A stretch of 62,862 nt of DNA, filler included, from Globobulimina sp. (lineage: Eukaryota): the NCBI GenBank assembly GCA_003354225.1. It is 34 parts of 34 records of this genome, joined end to end, with 100 filler letters (N's around TTAATTAATTAA, not from the genome) between each part and the next. Parts side by side here need not be neighbours in the genome. Positions count along the whole stretch, not along the records: positions 61,112 to 62,862 come from PIVH01012372.1; 33 more parts are not named here. One strand, 5' to 3'. The notes beneath the pieces were generated by a model that saw only the letters and a program-made list of their open reading frames with translations, did no database searches and had not been told where the DNA came from. Below are positions 61,868-62,862 of the stretch, in pieces. The position numbers and the translations under genes were made by a program. The number at the start of each line of letters is the position of its first letter. Position 1 is the stretch's first letter.

Positions 61868-62815
61868 ATGACAACAATACTGAGTGAAAGTAGAATTGCT
61901 GATAAAATGCAAATTGTGATGATACCCATTATGCTGATCAATAATGTCGTACTATTGGCGTACCATACATACAAAGTGATGAAACGAAACAAAGATCACA
62001 ATATGCCAAAAAAAGAAAACAATATGACTCAAAATTTATCAATCATATCACTATCATCCATTTGCATCTATACACTGTATTTAATCATTGTCGACGGTTT
62101 TTATAATGAATTCAGAATAAATTATGTATCATGTACCATTGTAGTGGATATTTCATTGGTATTGTTTGGCAATTCTCGATTTATTGTATATTTCTTATTT
62201 TTTCAACGATTAGTAGACATTTTCAATAATTCTGCCTTTTCGTTTCAAGAATCAACAGTTAAAACATCGTATATAGTATTAACTATCGCATATATTATTT
62301 GCTTTGTTTATGTAATCGTATTTGGTGAAGGTATATATTCAGAAATTAATGATTCATGCTCTGCTAATTTTACATGGTGGTTTATTATGATATTTTCCCT
62401 TTTTGATGTATTTATTTGTACTTTGCTGCAAGTATTGTTTGCGAGAAAATTATTGAATGTGATAAAGTTAAATGAGCATAGTGGCAGACAAAATGCATAC
62501 AGTCGCATGATTTTAGCATTAAATAAATCGACGGTACTGGCATTTATAGCGATTTTTACAAACGAATCAGCGATGGTGTTAACTGCCATATTTTTATTGC
62601 CGTCGGTGTGGACTGCTATTAATTCTGTGGTGAATTGTTGGTGCATAATATTGATTTTCAGTATGCATTCAAAATTGTATGATATTATTTGTGTTGGATT
62701 TAGAAAACCTGTTAGTATAAAGTGCTTATATTGTTTTGCTTGTAATTGTTGTTGCAAAATAAACAAAATGGAATATCAATTGCAAAAAACAGATATAGAA
62801 AATGTGCCTGAGTGA
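61868..62815 (+). CDS. 7TM GPCR-like protein
   Basis: About seven hydrophobic helices; FFQRLVDIFNNSAF; Cys-rich tail. Confidence 0.7.
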   Translation: MTTILSESRIADKMQIVMIPIMLINNVVLLAYHTYKVMKRNKDHNMPKKENNMTQNLSIISLSSICIYTLYLIIVDGFYNEFRINYVSCTIVVDISLVLFGNSRFIVYFLFFQRLVDIFNNSAFSFQESTVKTSYIVLTIAYIICFVYVIVFGEGIYSEINDSCSANFTWWFIMIFSLFDVFICTLLQVLFARKLLNVIKLNEHSGRQNAYSRMILALNKSTVLAFIAIFTNESAMVLTAIFLLPSVWTAINSVVNCWCIILIFSMHSKLYDIICVGFRKPVSIKCLYCFACNCCCKINKMEYQLQKTDIENVPE

Positions 62816-62862
62816 CAAAAAAAAATACATCTCTGATTTTTTGTTTTATTATTATCAGCTGA

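Overview
This window is not one locus. It is 34 unrelated short contigs (1751-1753 bp, sorted by length) joined by an artificial N44-TTAATTAATTAA-N44 linker, so no gene neighbourhood can be inferred across a linker. Most contigs are AT-rich eukaryotic DNA with short GT-AG introns (mostly about 50-80 nt, often GTT(A/T/G) donors). A foraminiferal-type beta-tubulin and expanded 7TM and PT-repeat surface proteins point to a foraminifer (Rhizaria), probably whole-genome amplified. Several contigs are apparent amplification chimeras with bacterial DNA (murF, arylsulfatase, DUF2298) or a fold-back inversion. Best leads: (1) a spliced gene joining two ubiquitin-like domains to an intact-looking Hint/intein-like domain; (2) a minimal Penelope-type hammerhead ribozyme beside a 61-bp hairpin tandem repeat; (3) a spliced cytochrome b5-flavodoxin fusion, probably TYW1-like; (4) intron-containing prokaryote-type enzymes (Asp/Glu racemase, M4 peptidase); (5) a beta-tubulin with an altered GTP-binding loop; (6) a dispersed MITE-like family. 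All family calls are motif recognition by eye; no searches were run.
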